A stretch of 64,000 bases of DNA, from contig OZ116698.1 in assembly GCA_964199315.1 (NCBI GenBank), positions 18,476,001 to 18,540,000 of the forward strand, in the 5' to 3' direction. Origin of the DNA: Orbicella franksi (lineage: Eukaryota). The stretch's first letter is position 1. Every line of letters starts with the position of its first letter. The notes below the pieces were generated by a model. That model was given only the letters and a program-made list of their open reading frames with translations, searched no databases and was not told where the DNA came from. The translations under genes and the position numbers were made by a program. Shown piece after piece: positions 1 to 12,750 of this stretch.

Positions 1-7
1 GACCTAA

Positions 8-76
8 ACTGTTCACAGCCTCGCGCGCGCTCAACGACCGAATAAAAGTACGAGAAAATAGAGGACTGTGAACAGT
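8..76. repeat. Small inverted-repeat (hairpin) element
   Basis: ACTGTTCACAG (8-18) and its exact reverse complement CTGTGAACAGT (66-76). Confidence 0.5.
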
Positions 77-925
77 CTGCCGCACCCGAAAAATCCTACG
101 AAAGCGAATTTTACTGTTTAAAGAAACAAGATGGATAAGTTCTCCCACGCACCCGACCCACTCAACAAGGTCTGTAATTAGTCAATGATATGTTTGGTAG
201 GTGAAGTTTTTTTAAAAAAGTACATAATCGGCAATGAATGGAATGCTTAACCTTACAAATATAAATTTATCAAAATAAAAGTTAATTACAATAACAGGTG
301 CATTTAGAATCAAAAGTACCACTACACTTCCAAATTGATTAGCTTCTCAAAACCACTGGCTCCTGTCCCACCTCCAAAAAAAACAAAACAAAAGATTCTG
401 TCACTTGTGACAAGAAGTCTGTGACTCCAGGGAGTGACAGTCAGTCTTCTGGCAATACTTGCTTGGTTATCTCGCACCCTATTGCTTAAAAAATGGAGAC
501 CCAGATACAAACTCAGTGACCTTTGGTTTATTTGTGCTTTTCACTTCTTTCAATATTCGATAAGTGGTTATCCCAAACTCAACCTTGAGAATCTTTCCGA
601 AATCTTTTGATTTGTGCCTCGTGTCCCGATCTCCTCCTCCCCCCGCCCCCACCAATCCGGAATTTTTTCAAGTCGACCATTTCAATTTGAATGCCTTGAT
701 AGATATCGCTCGTCTCATTCCGTGGTCATTACACAGTAGATAATGTGTAAGGGTCAGTTAGTCTTTCGAAAAGCCTTTGCGGCTTTAGATACTGGTGGTC
801 CCGTCACGAAGGACGACCTTGTGCTCTCTTCCTCGCGCTCTTCGCGCTCTTGTTTCTAACGTCGTAGACATGTTTCCCGCTCCAAGCTCAGGTTTTGCAG
901 CTCGACTTGTAAGCAAGTTTAAGGG

Positions 926-1185
926 CCACGGGCCCCTTTCACGAAAGTCCCGGCAGAGGTTAGCGGTCCCGAAAAGCTGTTTTTGTGTTCTCCGTGTTTG
1001 CGTTCAAGATCTATTGTAGATATATTTATAGTTTTGAAATTCAAACGTTAAAAAATATTAGTAAAACGAAATAGAATGGACTGGTTTTTGAGCTAGACCC
1101 CGAGCTACTATTCCTTAGATTTAGACCTTAATATATGGCTTCGGGTCCGTAAAGTTTCGGGGACGTTCGAGAAAGGGGCCCCAGG
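926..1185. mobile_element. MITE-like element with ~26-bp imperfect TIRs
   Basis: Left CCACGGGCCCCTTTCACGAAAGTCCC; right GGGACGTTCGAGAAAGGGGCCCCAGG (reverse complement CCTGGGGCCCCTTTCTCGAACGTCCC); AT-rich non-coding interior. Confidence 0.7.
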
Positions 1186-3442
1186 TCATTTTGCAGGCTT
1201 TATCCGTGCAGTACGAATTACGAATACAATAAGTGAAGCAGTTTCCCCGATAAAATGGCGGATTACAGAACGCGCGCAGATGACTGAATCAAACAACACG
1301 GACTAGTACGCTACCAAAGTGCTAATCACAGTTTTGTTGAAGTTGAATTTAATATTTGCAGAATGGTTATCCCAGTGCAAACAGTTAGGCTTGAGAACTT
1401 AAATCCAGGAGATTTCACGTCTCTCTACACAAACAGACGCATACACACATTGGTTTCTAGTCAATAATTTAATGTTTTTTTTCCGGGATTTTACGTCACT
1501 AGTACATATTCTTATCGCTTATCATTTTTTGTCACTTTATTTTAGAAAAATAAAAAGATCGGTATCTATTAGTTATAGACAGCCCCACAGAAATTGCGGT
1601 AACACTATTGTGCGGAGAAAGCGGAAATCACATTTGACCACAAGGTTTGCTACCAAAGGAAGCCGAAGGAGGCGGATATTACATATCTGCGAGATATTAC
1701 TGAGATTTGTAAAGTGGGATTTAAGTTTAATGGCGATAAAAGGGGTAAACTGTAATGCCACTTATATTGTTTTCGTAGTATTACTGTAAACATTTGAATC
1801 TTCCTTTATTAACAGCTAATGGGTTAAACGCCATTAACATGTCCGCATTGTGGTTAATAATTAGTTTTCGAGGTTTCGCGCTAATGTTTTGTACCCGCGG
1901 TTTTGTACTAGTTTCAGATCGTTAGGTGACAGTTATTTTTCTACCAGAAAAACCTTAACAACTTGCTAACAGGGAATGACAACAAATCTTCGTTTAGCTT
2001 TCAGATGTTTGGTCCTAATACAGAAAGTACTTAATAGCAGGAGTTATCTGATTTTCGTAAAGTGGTTGATTTGGTTCAATCAAGATTTCCTGAGTTTGGC
2101 CATTACGAAAGTCCTTAATTACGACCAGAAATGTAAAGGTGGTCAAGGATTTTATTGCGATAATAATGCGCTATCGGATAAGAAATTATACTGGAAACGT
2201 ATTTTTTATTTTCAGTTTATTCCTACTGTGATCGGAAGCTCTATACACGAAAAGATGTTCTTACCGAGATGAAATTTTCTATCATTTCCTTTGGAAGGGA
2301 GTTTTAATCAACAATGAAAAGCCTATCTTCGAAATTTTCTTACTTGTTATGAATTTTATTCGAATCTTGTTTAAACAGGGTGTTCTAAACAATCGCTGGT
2401 AACCAAATATAATAAAATTTTCTGAAAGAAATGGGTTATTTTGTTGACACTGTTCCCTAAATCACACGGAAATTGAGCTACGTTTGTATTGCTCTTCGAG
2501 CAAGTGAAAAGGCCGATTTCCTACACACGTCAGATTTTGAGAAAGGAATTCCTAGCGACATTTACACAGATTAAACAAGAAATTTTTTTTGTTTAAACTC
2601 AATAAGCCTACGTGGTCGTATTAGAAGTCGTCCTCGCCAAATGCACACTGTATAAAAAATAAAAAATAATAATAAATTGAAAATGTTTTGCGGTCAGCTA
2701 TGTTAGCTCCGATTCATCAACCACGCAGTTTCGTTTTGTTTCGTTTTATTTAAGAGAAATGGAAAACAAAACCTGGTCTGAACAAAACAAAGTCCTGTTA
2801 TTGAAATAGAGGGTATTTATAGATCAAATTTAACTTGATTAACTTGGTTACATGGTCCATATCGTATTCAAATTCGTATTGATGTGGTAACAGTTTGTGG
2901 GCGGAAAGAAAGGAGCGTAATTGACAAAATGCAAAATATGGACTAGACAGGCGGCTTTGCCCCCGGGATAAATTACCAACATGTATGTTGATCTCCTTCT
3001 TTGGCCGTTTCTTTGTAGTTTTAACACTATCCTATTACAAATCACACAGTTAATATTTCCTTTCTCAGTTTCTATCGTAGTATCAACGGGTGTTTGATGA
3101 AAAAGGTTTGTCGCGTATTCGATTTTACCCCGTGCTAAGTGTGTAAACTTTCGTAATTTTCATTTGTCATAGATCCCTATAGCAAAGCGCACGAAAAAGG
3201 GAAAGAAATAAAGTTCAAGTAAAAACAACTTGGCTCGAGTACAACTACACTTAATAAACTGTGATTAACGGCAAAGTTACAGACTGAAACTGGGATTCGG
3301 TTCGGGTAAGGTTCTGATGGAAAAAGGATTTTTTTCTCAACGGAAATGTCCTTAGCAAAACAACACTGTTTCAGAAAAAAATCCATGTATTTTGTTTTGG
3401 GAGAATCGATGCATTAAAATCCTTGTTTCGAATTTTCTTTTG

Positions 3443-4588
3443 CTAGAGCAACTTCATACGGTTTACAGATACTCTAAAAGTTTGTGGCGATGGCGTACGT
3501 TGTAGTGATGTTTCAACAGTTATTGCTGTTCCATTCCTGTCTGACGCGAGTCTTGGATCGTCTTGGCTTCGAGTGAACGTGATGCGGAGATCTTTATTTC
3601 CCTGTCGAGTTGATTTTTTGTGGCCATACCACTGCGCCTTGCAAAATCCACGAGTCGTGATCCACCGGCGCAAAGCATGCCTGAAATCACGTTTGCAGAA
3701 CGCGCAGAACGCTGGATTAGACATTGGTGGAATAAAACGCAAGAAAGGGAACAGACACAATTCCCAAGAACGAATTGGAATAATTTTCACACTGATGTGA
3801 TCTTCAAGCATCATAAGATAGGAAGGCAACCAACAACCAGCGAACACCACCAGCATGGAAATGACAATCACTGTTCCTCGCAAGTCGCGCGCAATCGAAT
3901 TAACAGGTCCGTCGCCCAAGTTGGCACGACGCGCTCGCGACGCGAAAACAAGGCGGAGAGACATAATGAGAATGCGGCTGTAACTACACAGCATGCAAAG
4001 CAGAGGGAATGCGAAGAACGCTACCACTAAAAATACTATGTACACTTCGTCTTGGCGTTTTGTCTCTCCTAAGTCTTCATTAAGGTCGTACCAAGCCATC
4101 TGCACCACTGACACAATGGGGGAGATAAACCACACGGCAGTAAGTGTGCACCCGACTCGCGTTCTCGTTACGATTGTGTGGTAGTGCATGGGATGAGTTA
4201 TCATAGCATAGCGATCACATGCGACTAGGACGAAATGGAGCATTGTTGAAACGGCTGTAAAACGAATAAAAAGGGCGGACGAGATACACGTGATTAACGA
4301 CATCGACCTGGCAATGGCACAAGCAAAAAGCAGCGGAATACCCACAAACCCTGACAATAAGTCTGACACGGCCAGTGAAACAAGGAGAATGTTGCTCAGT
4401 GTGCGTAACGTCTCTTTCCAGCACATTAAAGCTATCACGACACTGTTAGAGGCGATGATCAGCGCGCAAAATACCATCAATGGGCCGTGTACAATCCAGG
4501 AAAAACGGCCGTCGCACATGGACCTTTGAACGAGTTGTGTGGTATTGTGACTTGAAACGTTCTCGTTGAAAACCGACGTGACATTCAT
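3443..4588 (-). CDS. Intronless class A (rhodopsin-like) GPCR, 381 aa, orphan
   Basis: Seven hydrophobic segments; TM1 SN, TM2 LAVSD, TM3 DRY, TM4 W, TM6 CWLP, TM7 SNP. Confidence 0.93.
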   Translation of the reverse strand: MNVTSVFNENVSSHNTTQLVQRSMCDGRFSWIVHGPLMVFCALIIASNSVVIALMCWKETLRTLSNILLVSLAVSDLLSGFVGIPLLFACAIARSMSLITCISSALFIRFTAVSTMLHFVLVACDRYAMITHPMHYHTIVTRTRVGCTLTAVWFISPIVSVVQMAWYDLNEDLGETKRQDEVYIVFLVVAFFAFPLLCMLCSYSRILIMSLRLVFASRARRANLGDGPVNSIARDLRGTVIVISMLVVFAGCWLPSYLMMLEDHISVKIIPIRSWELCLFPFLRFIPPMSNPAFCAFCKRDFRHALRRWITTRGFCKAQWYGHKKSTRQGNKDLRITFTRSQDDPRLASDRNGTAITVETSLQRTPSPQTFRVSVNRMKLL

Positions 4589-6983
4589 GTTTCCTCCGCT
4601 CGGTAGAGCCGTCTTAAGTTGCGCTGTTATGGGCGCGATCGGTGTGTATATACATAAATCTTATCTGCCACCATAGTTTAAATAGACAGGATGTATAAAT
4701 ATTCAAATGTACAGAGGGCATTACCATGGATATTAGGTTGCGATGGAGCAGTAAATTGGTATTCTGAGTGTTCCTTTGCTAATTGAGAGAGTGGCATGGT
4801 GTTTGGTGTCACTTACCATGTTGCGCGTCTGTAATGTTGCCTTGCCTGAGGTATTGTTACTATTTTTTTTCATCTATTACCCATAGCAAACCGGTGCCAT
4901 AGAAGCGACATTTAATGACACAGTGATTCGTTTAATAGTATTAAGACCTCAATGCTGACACGTAATAACTCCAATGGTGGCTATTGTTATAGTAAACGCG
5001 GCAATCAAGAGAGCAATTAGCGCAAAAGTTCCTGATCAGGAGGTGTCTGTTGTCATAGAAATAAACTGAGTAAAACAGATGGTAGAAGGGTAATATGCCA
5101 ACCTGTGAAGAATGAAGATATAATCTTGAATTGAATTTTGCCACTTAATAGTGCGCAAAGCTCTAATTTTTAGCCAGTTCAGTTTCATCATAATAGGCGA
5201 GCAAATCGGAAACAAACATCAATATCGTCCTTTTATTTTCATAGTATTAATATTGTAGCAGGAAGTGAACGTCCATTGGTTTCATCAATGCTTGCTATGC
5301 GGGGGAATAAGAGGTTTCTATTTATTATCAAAATGCAAAGACCTTTTGACGTGTTTTGAGCTGCGGGGCATGTCGTACGTGGTTTGTGTGAGGTAACTGG
5401 CAGGTGTTCTTGTCATGCCCACTTTTCCTTTGGTTTGACAAAACCCACGATAGAGTATTCAATTTCGAAAGCTTAGACTACGGAATATGACGAAGATTCG
5501 CTCTTAGGAAGTCAATAGGCGTGAATGAAGAGATCCTTTCCTAAAGTACGTCCAGTCACAAATTCGAGTTTGACACTTGGGAAACATTAGAATGAACCAT
5601 AAACGGTCAACATCGCATTGAGATTTTTTTCACCTTCGTTCGTTTTGGGAGATTTGATCGTTTTGAATTAAATTTAAGGTCCGCAAACATCCATTCTAGA
5701 CCTTGATAAACTACTATAAAATGCACAAAAGCAATGAAAAATAGAAGAAAACGGAAAAGCGAAAAAAAAAATTAAATTCAAAAACAAATCCAAAAATATA
5801 TCAGAAGTTTATTTAGGTGAAGTCAGTGGCGGGTTACAACACTTAATTCTTCTGACGCAAGTTGAGAACTTGATCAGATCCTTCACATTCATGATGTTTT
5901 TTTAGAATGCTAAAAGATGAATTGAAAATAAAACCTATTGTATCTATTATTTGAAAGAACCGTGGTACAAACCATAATAAGGAAAATCATGAAATAAAAC
6001 AAAGGTCCTCGTAGCGTATAGGAAGTTAGTTACAATTTAGCTGACATATTTGCGTGTGAAACGAGTGTTGTTTTAAAAACGTCTTATCACAAGAACCTCG
6101 ACGAAAGCGGAACGCTACTTTAACCAGCTTTCTCTTGCAAGAATTCTTCTGACGAAAATTGCGCGATTCCATAGTATCAAATGTCTATAAAAATCGACGC
6201 CGGATCTTTGATTGAAGTCCATAGTTTTCACGTAATTCTTTATCGTTTATAATCTCTTCGCGGGGAAAAAAGGAAAGGAAAAAGGAGATCAGGGTGTCTT
6301 CCTAAGGTTTTCAAACAGCAGTAAACAGAACTAGGGATTTTATCTCAGCGTCATTTAGATACTAAAGGACATTTGTATTGACTAAAAAAAGACTTTAAAA
6401 AGCTCACCTTGACATCTATTCCTAACTCGTTAATGGTCCCAGTAATGCGCAGTAAAGTATCCACTGAAAGCTGATAGTGCACATAATATCTACACTATCA
6501 GCTTTCAGTAGACATCATATTATAATACCCGCTCAATTCTCTGTCAGATATCAATATCAAACAGCTGCATTTCAGCTGCCTCCTCCACAGGCTCTTTTTA
6601 TTTTTATCTTAGCGCAAAGGGCGATTGGGAGACTTGGAGTGAGCAAGAAAACGCGAGCGGAAGCTGGGAGCGAGTGAGGAACGCGATCGCGGGAAGCGAT
6701 GGGAAAAAGTTTTTTCGCTGTCAAAAAAAAAACATAAACACCGGATCAATGTGGCGCTAACATGTACACGGGTATTTGTACGCAAGCGTTATCTATAGCG
6801 AACAGCGCTTAGCCCGTTAAATCTGTGAGCCCCGCTTACATTGCACATTTTCTAGCGCAGGATTTCAGTCATGTCCTACACGTATTTCTTGTCGGTGTTT
6901 TGTAGTTCACGCCCTAAAGTAGAAGCGTACTTTGAGCTTCAAAGGTTTAGTATAAAATAAGTTCCATCTTTGTATCTTGTACT

Positions 6984-7028
6984 TTAATGCTGACGAAGTC
7001 TCAGCAGCAGACGAAACCGGTCGATTAA
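6984..7028 (+). ncRNA. Minimal type I hammerhead ribozyme motif (Penelope-like element relic)
   Basis: UUAAUG-CUGACGA-A-GUCU[CAGCAGC]AGAC-GAAA-CCG-GUC^-GAUUAA. Core intact with one extra nucleotide after A9; stem II 4 bp; palindromic stem III ACCGGU; stem I 5 bp with a G.G mismatch next to the core. Confidence 0.65.
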
Positions 7029-7338
7029 TAAACTCAGTTGTACAAGATTATTAGTTGTTGCTGCGTGCTGCCTACAAGTACTTTTACTTTGAAATTAACA
7101 ATTCCGGCAACACGCCTGATGCTCCAGATATAATTATGCCCGCATAATCTGTCAGACCCAAAAGCTTACAACTAGTTTTTACAATGATTTAAAATAATGT
7201 TTTGAAGGAAAACTTTCGTTTTTTTTTTTTTGCTGCCTTCAATTTCAGAGGAATAATCACGATATAATAGCTGATCGTGGCTAAGTTTTAATCAGAAGGG
7301 AAGCGAAATACGGAGGATTTAAGTTAAAGTTAGCTCAG

Positions 7339-10300
7339 TTAATCCTGTTTCCCGAGACAGTGCGACATGATGTGCTTTCTGGCCTTTGATCGTGTGAAAC
7401 AGTAGTCATCGCTATTCAGAAGAAGCATGCAGTGCCTACGCAACAGGGGCTCAATGACAAGGCCTACCAGCGAGGCAGTGAATGTGCCCCCTCCCATGGC
7501 CACCACGATGTACCCCATGGCAAACTCCTTGTAACGGTCCTCGAATCTGTCCCTGAAAAAGGCCAATGCGTTGACGAAGAAAACGCCAATCGTTACTCCA
7601 CCGGTGAACGACAGCAGCAACACGATCCACACACTCGGTAAAAATCGGTACCAGGCCGCTAGGACGAAGAACAGAAGATGCATGACTTCTATTGTGGAGA
7701 GAACCCAAAGATACGGGAATTTAGCTTTTTCTGCCCATTCTGGTTTGATATAGGATAATGCCACATGATATGACCTTCCCACCACCTCACCCCCCAGGAA
7801 AACGAAGATGTAGTACTGATAGTGGTCACGTGGTCTGAAAGGCGCATTGGGAAATGCGAGTGTTGTGATAACTGATTGGATGATCATATATTCTGAGAAC
7901 CATGCGATATAAATCGGTATCAGACCAGGCAGCATCTGACGAATGACCATGAACTTTTCCCGGCAAGAAAGGGCACCATCACCTTTGCTGTTTTCCTCGG
8001 TTGATTCTTGAGTTTCTACGCGATCTGTTGAGAAATATATTCAACAAATACAAGTCAAGAAGACGGTCAGTAGCGCAACAGTATTGAAATAAAATAATAA
8101 TAATAGTATTGAAAACAAACTCGTTCCCAGGCTCTATCTCCTCTGCCTAGCTAGGGAACGATGAAAAAGGACAGTTGAAGGTTGCTCATGTTTTCCAATT
8201 GTATAATGACATACGCTATTTTAAACAGAGTTCGTGTCAAAGCTTTTGCTGGTGATTATATCTTATTTTCTCTTAACCTTATAACAAATCATGGGATAAA
8301 AGTCATGAGATTTAAGGTTCTCATCATGTCAGGAAAGACTGATTTAAAACAAAATTTTCTACGACATAGTTAAATAAAAAAAATCATTTTTGGTCAAAGC
8401 AACACACTAAATAGCCCGTTGGCTTTCAATTTAATCATGACCCTTAATTTTTACCTGTGGTGTCCAGCGCACTGTACTCTACTCCGGCATGCTCATCCCT
8501 TGGAGGACTGGCCTCCAAATGCTTCTTGTCCATGGCGTAGTAGCAAACAAAAATCAGGAGTAACATGGCCGCCATGATTAAAATGGTGGCATTTGGTGAA
8601 ACACAGGCCCATGTTGTCATGGCTACAAAACAAGAATAATAAAAACTTCAATTAGCGTCTTTTCAAATCGGTATAGAACTTGAATATTGCCGAACATCGA
8701 ATATATAATGGGAGTGAAAATAAAAATATCGAGCCTGATGCAGATACAGAGACCGATAGATAAGCTAAGGATGTTCCGTTTAAGGCAATCAAGGTCTTGG
8801 TAAGTGTTACCAGGCCCTTATGCGATGATCGCTCAGGCCCCGTCCGCACTACGCCGGTGAAATTTGAAAGCTTTCTACAATAACCGGTGATTTTTGGATT
8901 TGTGTTTGAGGAAACCTCGGTCAGGGAAATCACATGATGATCGTGACGTCATCGTTTTCAAAAAACTCCGTTTTCAAAATGTTTTCCGTCCACGCTAAAA
9001 CGCAAGACCGGCGTTTTCAAATTCCTCCGGTTTAAAGAGCGTTTTCGTGACGACGGATTAGTGTGGACGGTAGGCCTTACCGTAGAAATAAGGCTGCGTT
9101 TTCAAATTCCTCCGGCGTAGTGTGGACGCTGCCTTTTAGTTTGTATTCTGCTGGAAACCGACGTCGAATCTGATTGGTTGATTCATCAGACTTGAAATCA
9201 CTCACTATTCAATGATAGGTCACGTACGATGATGCACGCTTTACCCTTGAAAGAAAAGTTATTTTTTAGGGCTACCAAATGCTTAAATTTTCTATTTCTG
9301 ACAGCTATTCTTTACAGTGTCTACTACGCTAGCAATTACGCTGCTTTCGTTCTCTATGAGCTCGAGCGTCGGTCTCATAAAAATACTTGACCTCGTAGAT
9401 ATTTGCTAAATAATCTCACCCCTGTTTACATTATTATCATAATTCGTGTGTTATTCCAATATTTTATTTTTGTTTCTCGTCACAATTTGATCTCCTAGTC
9501 ACACAACTACAAAAAGACACGAGTAGCAAAATATCGAAATGGACTGCCGGAAACCAAACCGCAGAGGAAGTCAATTGTTTTCTGCTTTTAACTACTTTTC
9601 TTATATTATTAATTGCGCCGATCGTCATGCATTTTAATTTTATTTATGAGAATGTGATTTGCAGTAAGAGCTACATATTCTCATCACTCATGTACTTGAC
9701 ATGGAATAATATTATACGGAGAATTTGGCTGTTGATCAGTCTTGGAATACAGGCAACAGCTGCTCGGTTTGACTGTGCTATTCTTCAGTTCCCGGAAGTG
9801 TGAAATAAAATATTAATCAAGAGAAATGTGAATTTTAAATTGATAGTAAATATATTCTCTGTGGTATGGCGTTAAAAGGAATAACAAATTTCACTGAGTA
9901 TTTTACCACACAGACTGTAACATTACAACTGAATAACAAATAAACACAAAGTTACCTGTGTAATATAAGGGTGCTATCACAAACCCCGCCCCAGTGCCTG
10001 CTGAATAAGCGCTTACTGTGACCTCGTGATAAAACGAGGTGAGAGCGAGAAAAGTCACTTCACCGACGCCGTAACCAAACGAAGCTATCCCGACGCCAAT
10101 TAATTTCCAATGAACTTGTTTAGAAAACGAGAGCATGAGAAAACCGCCGATTCCACATAGGAAAACTGTCATGATGCGGGCAAAATACGGAATCTTTTGC
10201 ATGAAGTAAGGCGCGATTAACGTGACAAGAAAATACGGCCCGATGTCCGCGACGAGAACCATAGAAGTTTGAATAAATGTTCCTGCTAGTATATCTTGAG

Positions 10301-10451
10301 CACCAGCGATGACTAAGGAATATGTCGCGTAAATCAAACTTCCAAAGATAAAAAACGCTGTGACTGTGCGCAGCCGCTCACGTTCCTCTTGGTTCGGTTT
10401 GAAGCCACCATTGTTGATTGGCGTCAATGCAGTCCTGTTATCTGTGGCCAT
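7339..10451 (-). CDS. CLN3-like: CLN3/battenin-like MFS transporter, copy 1 (3 exons, 449 aa)
   Basis: Exons 10451-9956, 8622-8455, 8024-7339; GT-AG introns, both phase 1; 1350 nt open to stop. Battenin motifs AGAQDIL, GEVTFL, SAGTG, SEY, FLPS, EFAM. Confidence 0.9.
8835..9134. mobile_element. Non-autonomous PIF/Harbinger-like MITE (family A) in CLN3-1 intron 1
   Basis: TIR AGGCCCCGTCCGCACTACGCCGG...CCGGCGTAGTGTGGACGCTGCCT. The same family recurs at 24750, 29803 and 33997. Superfamily inferred from the TIR type. Confidence 0.75.
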
Positions 10452-12750
10452 TTCAATATTTGGTCAGTTCATACTCGAGTAACGGTGAACGCGCGTTTGT
10501 AACCCGAACAATTCTTTGCTAAGAGCACGAAGTACAAGTCCGTTTGCTTCAAAATTTCACATTCTGCGATCTCGTTTTTGGTAGAACAACTTCTCTCAGG
10601 GTTTTCTTTCAGTAGAGACGACAGCTGGCTTTCACATGCTGGTTTTCAAAAAGCCATAAAGAAGGAAACTCAAACAAGGAGAGCTAGACTGATCTATTCT
10701 GCTGGCTGATATCTTCTTAATTTGTCCTGGTAGGTTTTGTTAGAATGAAGGTTTAAGTCATCGAAGGTAAAGTTCGAACGAGAAAAAAGTATTTTTGGTA
10801 CAAACTGGAAGAGGCGCGCGAACGAATTATTGATGAAGTTTTAATTGCTTTCGAATCAGCACATTTGCATTTCACTATTTGGTAAACCAATCAAACTTCG
10901 TGTTGTGATTATTAAGAAAAGTTATTTCTCCTAGTCGAGAAAGCTCACACTTGAAAGGGGTAAACATGCAATGCGAAAAGTTGTTCCTAAGTGATACGAA
11001 TGGCTAAGAATAACATTGTTGTGCTCCTCATCGGCTTTAAGAACAAGATCTTTTTGGCCAAGTTTGAATTCGAAGGCAATTTTTGACAGAGAGGCAAATA
11101 AAGTAATCACTTTGAAATCGCGATACTGACAGACTGAATCACGATTATTACAGTTTGTTGTAAACCACCCCCGGAAGATTCGGAGGTTTATAAGAGTTGA
11201 AGATTACACGTTAACTCAAACTACCGAGAAAAAAAAAATAAGAAAAACGTAATCACTTTAATTAGGACAACTGAAGCCATACTGGTTGACATACAATTCT
11301 CTTCCCCAGTCCTCCACCAACAATATATGTTTGTTCTTGGTTTGCATTTCAGCCAAAAAACGCAAAAAATAATTTTAAGACTTGTCATATTTTATGAATT
11401 AAGTTTGGAGAGCGGTCAAAAGTCTTGTTATTATTGATATGAATTCAACACAAATCGAAATTCAAATTTCACGAAATAGAAAATGCTTGAGAGGTTAGCC
11501 TCTTCAAAAATTAAAATTTGGTTGTGCGAAGATTCTATTAGCTATTCTTATATGATCAGGGATTTCTTCGGTGTTTAGACTGAGTTTTCGTAATCTTACA
11601 TTTCGTGATCTCGTAAATTTAGTAACTGAATATCCACTAACCACAATAGTTCTCTCTCGAACGATCTCAACGGAAATGTTCTGGAGAAAATAAGTTCATT
11701 TCATAGCCCAAACAGTTGTTTAAAACAACTGATGTCCCATTTGAACAAGATGCTCCACTTGCGTATCACTTGATTGAAAGATATGTAATCTTTTTTATTC
11801 TTTTTAGCTTCTCTAGTCCAGCCAGCAACTGTTATTATATCTACATTATTTTTCTAAACGGTCATATGCAAACTTTAGACCTAAGGAAATGCCTAGTGGC
11901 ATAACTAGTTTGTTACACGGGAAGTAATGTATGTAACGTGGCGATGTAATGTAAAGTGTTTTAAGTGATTCACCATAACGAGCCAGACGTTCTTAGCAAC
12001 CAAAAAACAGACCTGGGATCCCGTGGAGATGTAGAACTTTTAGTCCTACATGTCCACGGGATATCCAGTGGCTTACAACATTCCAGTGTAATCATATCCC
12101 TGTCGGTGATCGTTTATGTTCCACAAAACGCGTCAAGTTTTGCACGAATGTGTCATAATCCTAAAGTGTGAAATTATATTTACTGTAAGACAATTCCATC
12201 GTGTCAGAAAGATACAAAACATTTTAATACTCGGCGATTCGGGAAATCGCGCGACTGACGTGAAGCATTTGGATTAAAAGAAAAAATAGCGTTGAAACAA
12301 TGTGTTTTCTAGGTTGGGACGCAAACGCCAATTTAAAACTTAGACTTTTTGATACATTTCTTACTCTTGTAAAGCTACGGAGCACGTATAGATGAAACGT
12401 TTTCGCTAATCTCAGTTATCACTGTTATTCAGTAAGCGAAGTGACTATGCCCAGCAGCCCAGAAATGCCCGAGAGTCAGAAATGTTCTCAGATTTTCCGC
12501 GGAAAGCCTAATTGAAACCTGTTTAGGGTATTCTCTGTATACATGTTTGTTGCTTAGCGATTCCAAAAATAATCTGAATTTTCTAGTATTCGAATTCGAA
12601 GATCATGTGCACCGACACTTTGAAAATCAGTTAATGTTGTGGGCAGTCAGGAAATTATCTCAAAAATTATGTCAAAGCTCTCAAGAGCGATAGAAATCTC
12701 GAGTGCATGATGTAATTCTTTACAAGAAATGCCGAGCGATTCTGGAAACA

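Noticed and set aside
3573-4529. Plus-strand ORFs overlapping the first GPCR (and similar antisense ORFs over other genes)
   Set aside because: They are shadow frames of real coding sequence with no recognisable motifs.
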